Shown here piece after piece: positions 62,286 through 64,000 of a stretch of DNA of 64,000 nucleotides. The DNA is taken from positions 73,408,001 to 73,472,000 of the forward strand of contig NC_135884.1 in the NCBI RefSeq assembly GCF_964194155.1, in the 5' to 3' direction. Origin of the DNA: Cetorhinus maximus. Taxonomy: Eukaryota. The translations under genes and the position numbers were made by a program. The notes beneath the pieces were generated by a model that did no database searches, was not told where the DNA came from, and worked only from the letters and a program-made list of their open reading frames with translations. Every line of letters starts with the position of its first letter. Positions within the stretch are counted from its first letter, which is position 1.

Positions 62286-62864
62286 GCATTTAGCTACGGT
62301 GATATATGCCATGCTGCTCTGACGGGTCATGAAATAATTTGCCATGACACATTGTCCTAGTTGTTCAGCAGGTGCTGCCAGTCATGATTGTATATTGAGT
62401 ACTGATAGGAGGGGGTGGTTACACAATCAGGAAGTTGATGAGCTCTGCACTGGAGGCATTAACCTGAGCCCAAAACCTTCACACTGTTGATGGTTGAGCT
62501 AAAAGCTGCTGACTCAGTACCACTGAAATGTGTGGAAGCGGAGAGTGCCTGTGCTGTCAATAATTCATTATAATTCAGTTCCCTCAGCACAGCCTCTGTA
62601 CAGTTTACATGCTTGTTAGTTGGATCTGGACTATCACTTTCAGTCAAACCATGCGAAGGTGACTCTCCTCTGCTCTGCTGAAAGACTGATTAAAAATTTG
62701 ATACCTGTCTGAAGGGCCAGATCTCAGAGAGTGATACACTAGTATGGCTGAAATGAGTAGGAGAGCAGTCAGGAAACTCGAGGAGGAATGATTAGGTGAT
62801 GTCAGAGACTTAAAAAAAACTGCATCAAATGCTAGAACAGCCCCCTATCCCCTAATTGTGTCAG

Positions 62865-63595
62865 GTATAAGGACGCCGTGTGATACTCTACACCACATAC
62901 CTCAACACCGTGTGATATCCGACACCAGATACCTGGACACCGTGGGATATCCCACACAGATACCTGGACACCGTGGGATATCCCACATCAGATACTGGAC
63001 ACCGTGGGATATCCCACATCAGATACTGGACACCGTGGGATATCCCACATCAGATATAGGGCACCCGCGTGATATCCTACATCAGATACCCGGACACTGT
63101 GAGATATCTCACATCAAATATAGGACACCCACGTGATATTCTACAATAGATACCAGGACATCATGTGATATCTCACATCCGATACCTGGACACCATGTGA
63201 TATCCCACATCAAATACCTGGACACCATGTGATATCCCACATCAAATACCTGGACACTGTGATATCCCACATCAGATACCGAGACACCATGTGATATCCC
63301 ACATCAGATATAGGACACCCACGTGATATCCTACATTAGATACCAGGACACTGTGTGATATCCTACACTACATATCAGGACACTGTGTGATATCCCATAT
63401 CAGATACCAGGACACTCATGTGATATCTGACGTCAGATATCAGGAATCCGAGTGATATTCCACATCAGACACCAGGACATCCATGTGATATCTGACATCA
63501 GATATCAGGAAACTGAGTGATATCCGACATCAGATACCAGGACACGGTAGGTATGCCACATCAGATACCAGGATATATTGTGAAACTCCAACACA
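62865..63595. repeat. 31-32-bp minisatellite with internal palindrome GTGGGATATCCCAC
   Basis: Unit GGACACCGTGGGATATCCCACATCAGATACCT, about 22 diverging units. Confidence 0.93.
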
Positions 63596-64000
63596 GCTAA
63601 TGATCATGATGCTGTTTAATATCCTTTACGATGTTTACTGAGTTTCAGTGTTGCAGCAATCTCTCCTACAGCATGAAATCTCCACTTTATAAAACTTGCA
63701 TTTATATAGTGCCTTTCATGATCAAAGGAGATACCAAAGCACTTTATAGAGAATGAAATATTTTTGAAGTGTGATGTACTTTGTTCCATTGGAATGATAT
63801 CCTTAAGAGTCTGAATAAAGTAGCTTTGAGCTCTATGAATAGTTAATTCCTGCAGTGCATTACCTATTACATTCTTAATGAAATGCCAGTGTTTTCAAGA
63901 TTCTGTATTTCTTCAGGCCTAACACATTCCAAAATCTGCAATCTGGAGCCCAGGAAACACTAGGGCTATATTCCTAACCTTTGGTTGTAGTGAAAGCGGA

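Overview
Eukaryotic, intron- and repeat-rich vertebrate DNA. The repeat families suggest a shark or other cartilaginous fish. Three protein-coding genes can be built from the sequence with consistent splice phases. (1) ABHD14B on +, 3 coding exons over 109-19385, 210 aa. (2) GMPPB on +, with a CpG/CCAAT promoter and putative non-coding exon near 30.5-30.8 kb and 9 coding exons over 32773-48217, 360 aa. (3) The last two coding exons (RING finger) of RNF123 on -, convergent with GMPPB. Introns and intergenic DNA hold CR1- and L2-type LINEs, tRNA-derived SINEs, a Gypsy fragment, Penelope-like elements with minimal hammerhead ribozyme motifs, Harbinger-like MITEs and several GC-rich minisatellites, some visibly seeded from transposon sequence. 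Most long ORFs in the supplied track are repeat artefacts or decayed retroelement ORFs. I see no clearly new biological system. The best leads are the hammerhead-bearing inverted-repeat Penelope element, a spliced overlapping uORF on GMPPB, a tandem array at the 5' end of a full-length CR1, and a reconstructable inversion in ABHD14B intron 2. Family names and human comparisons come from recalled knowledge, not database searches.
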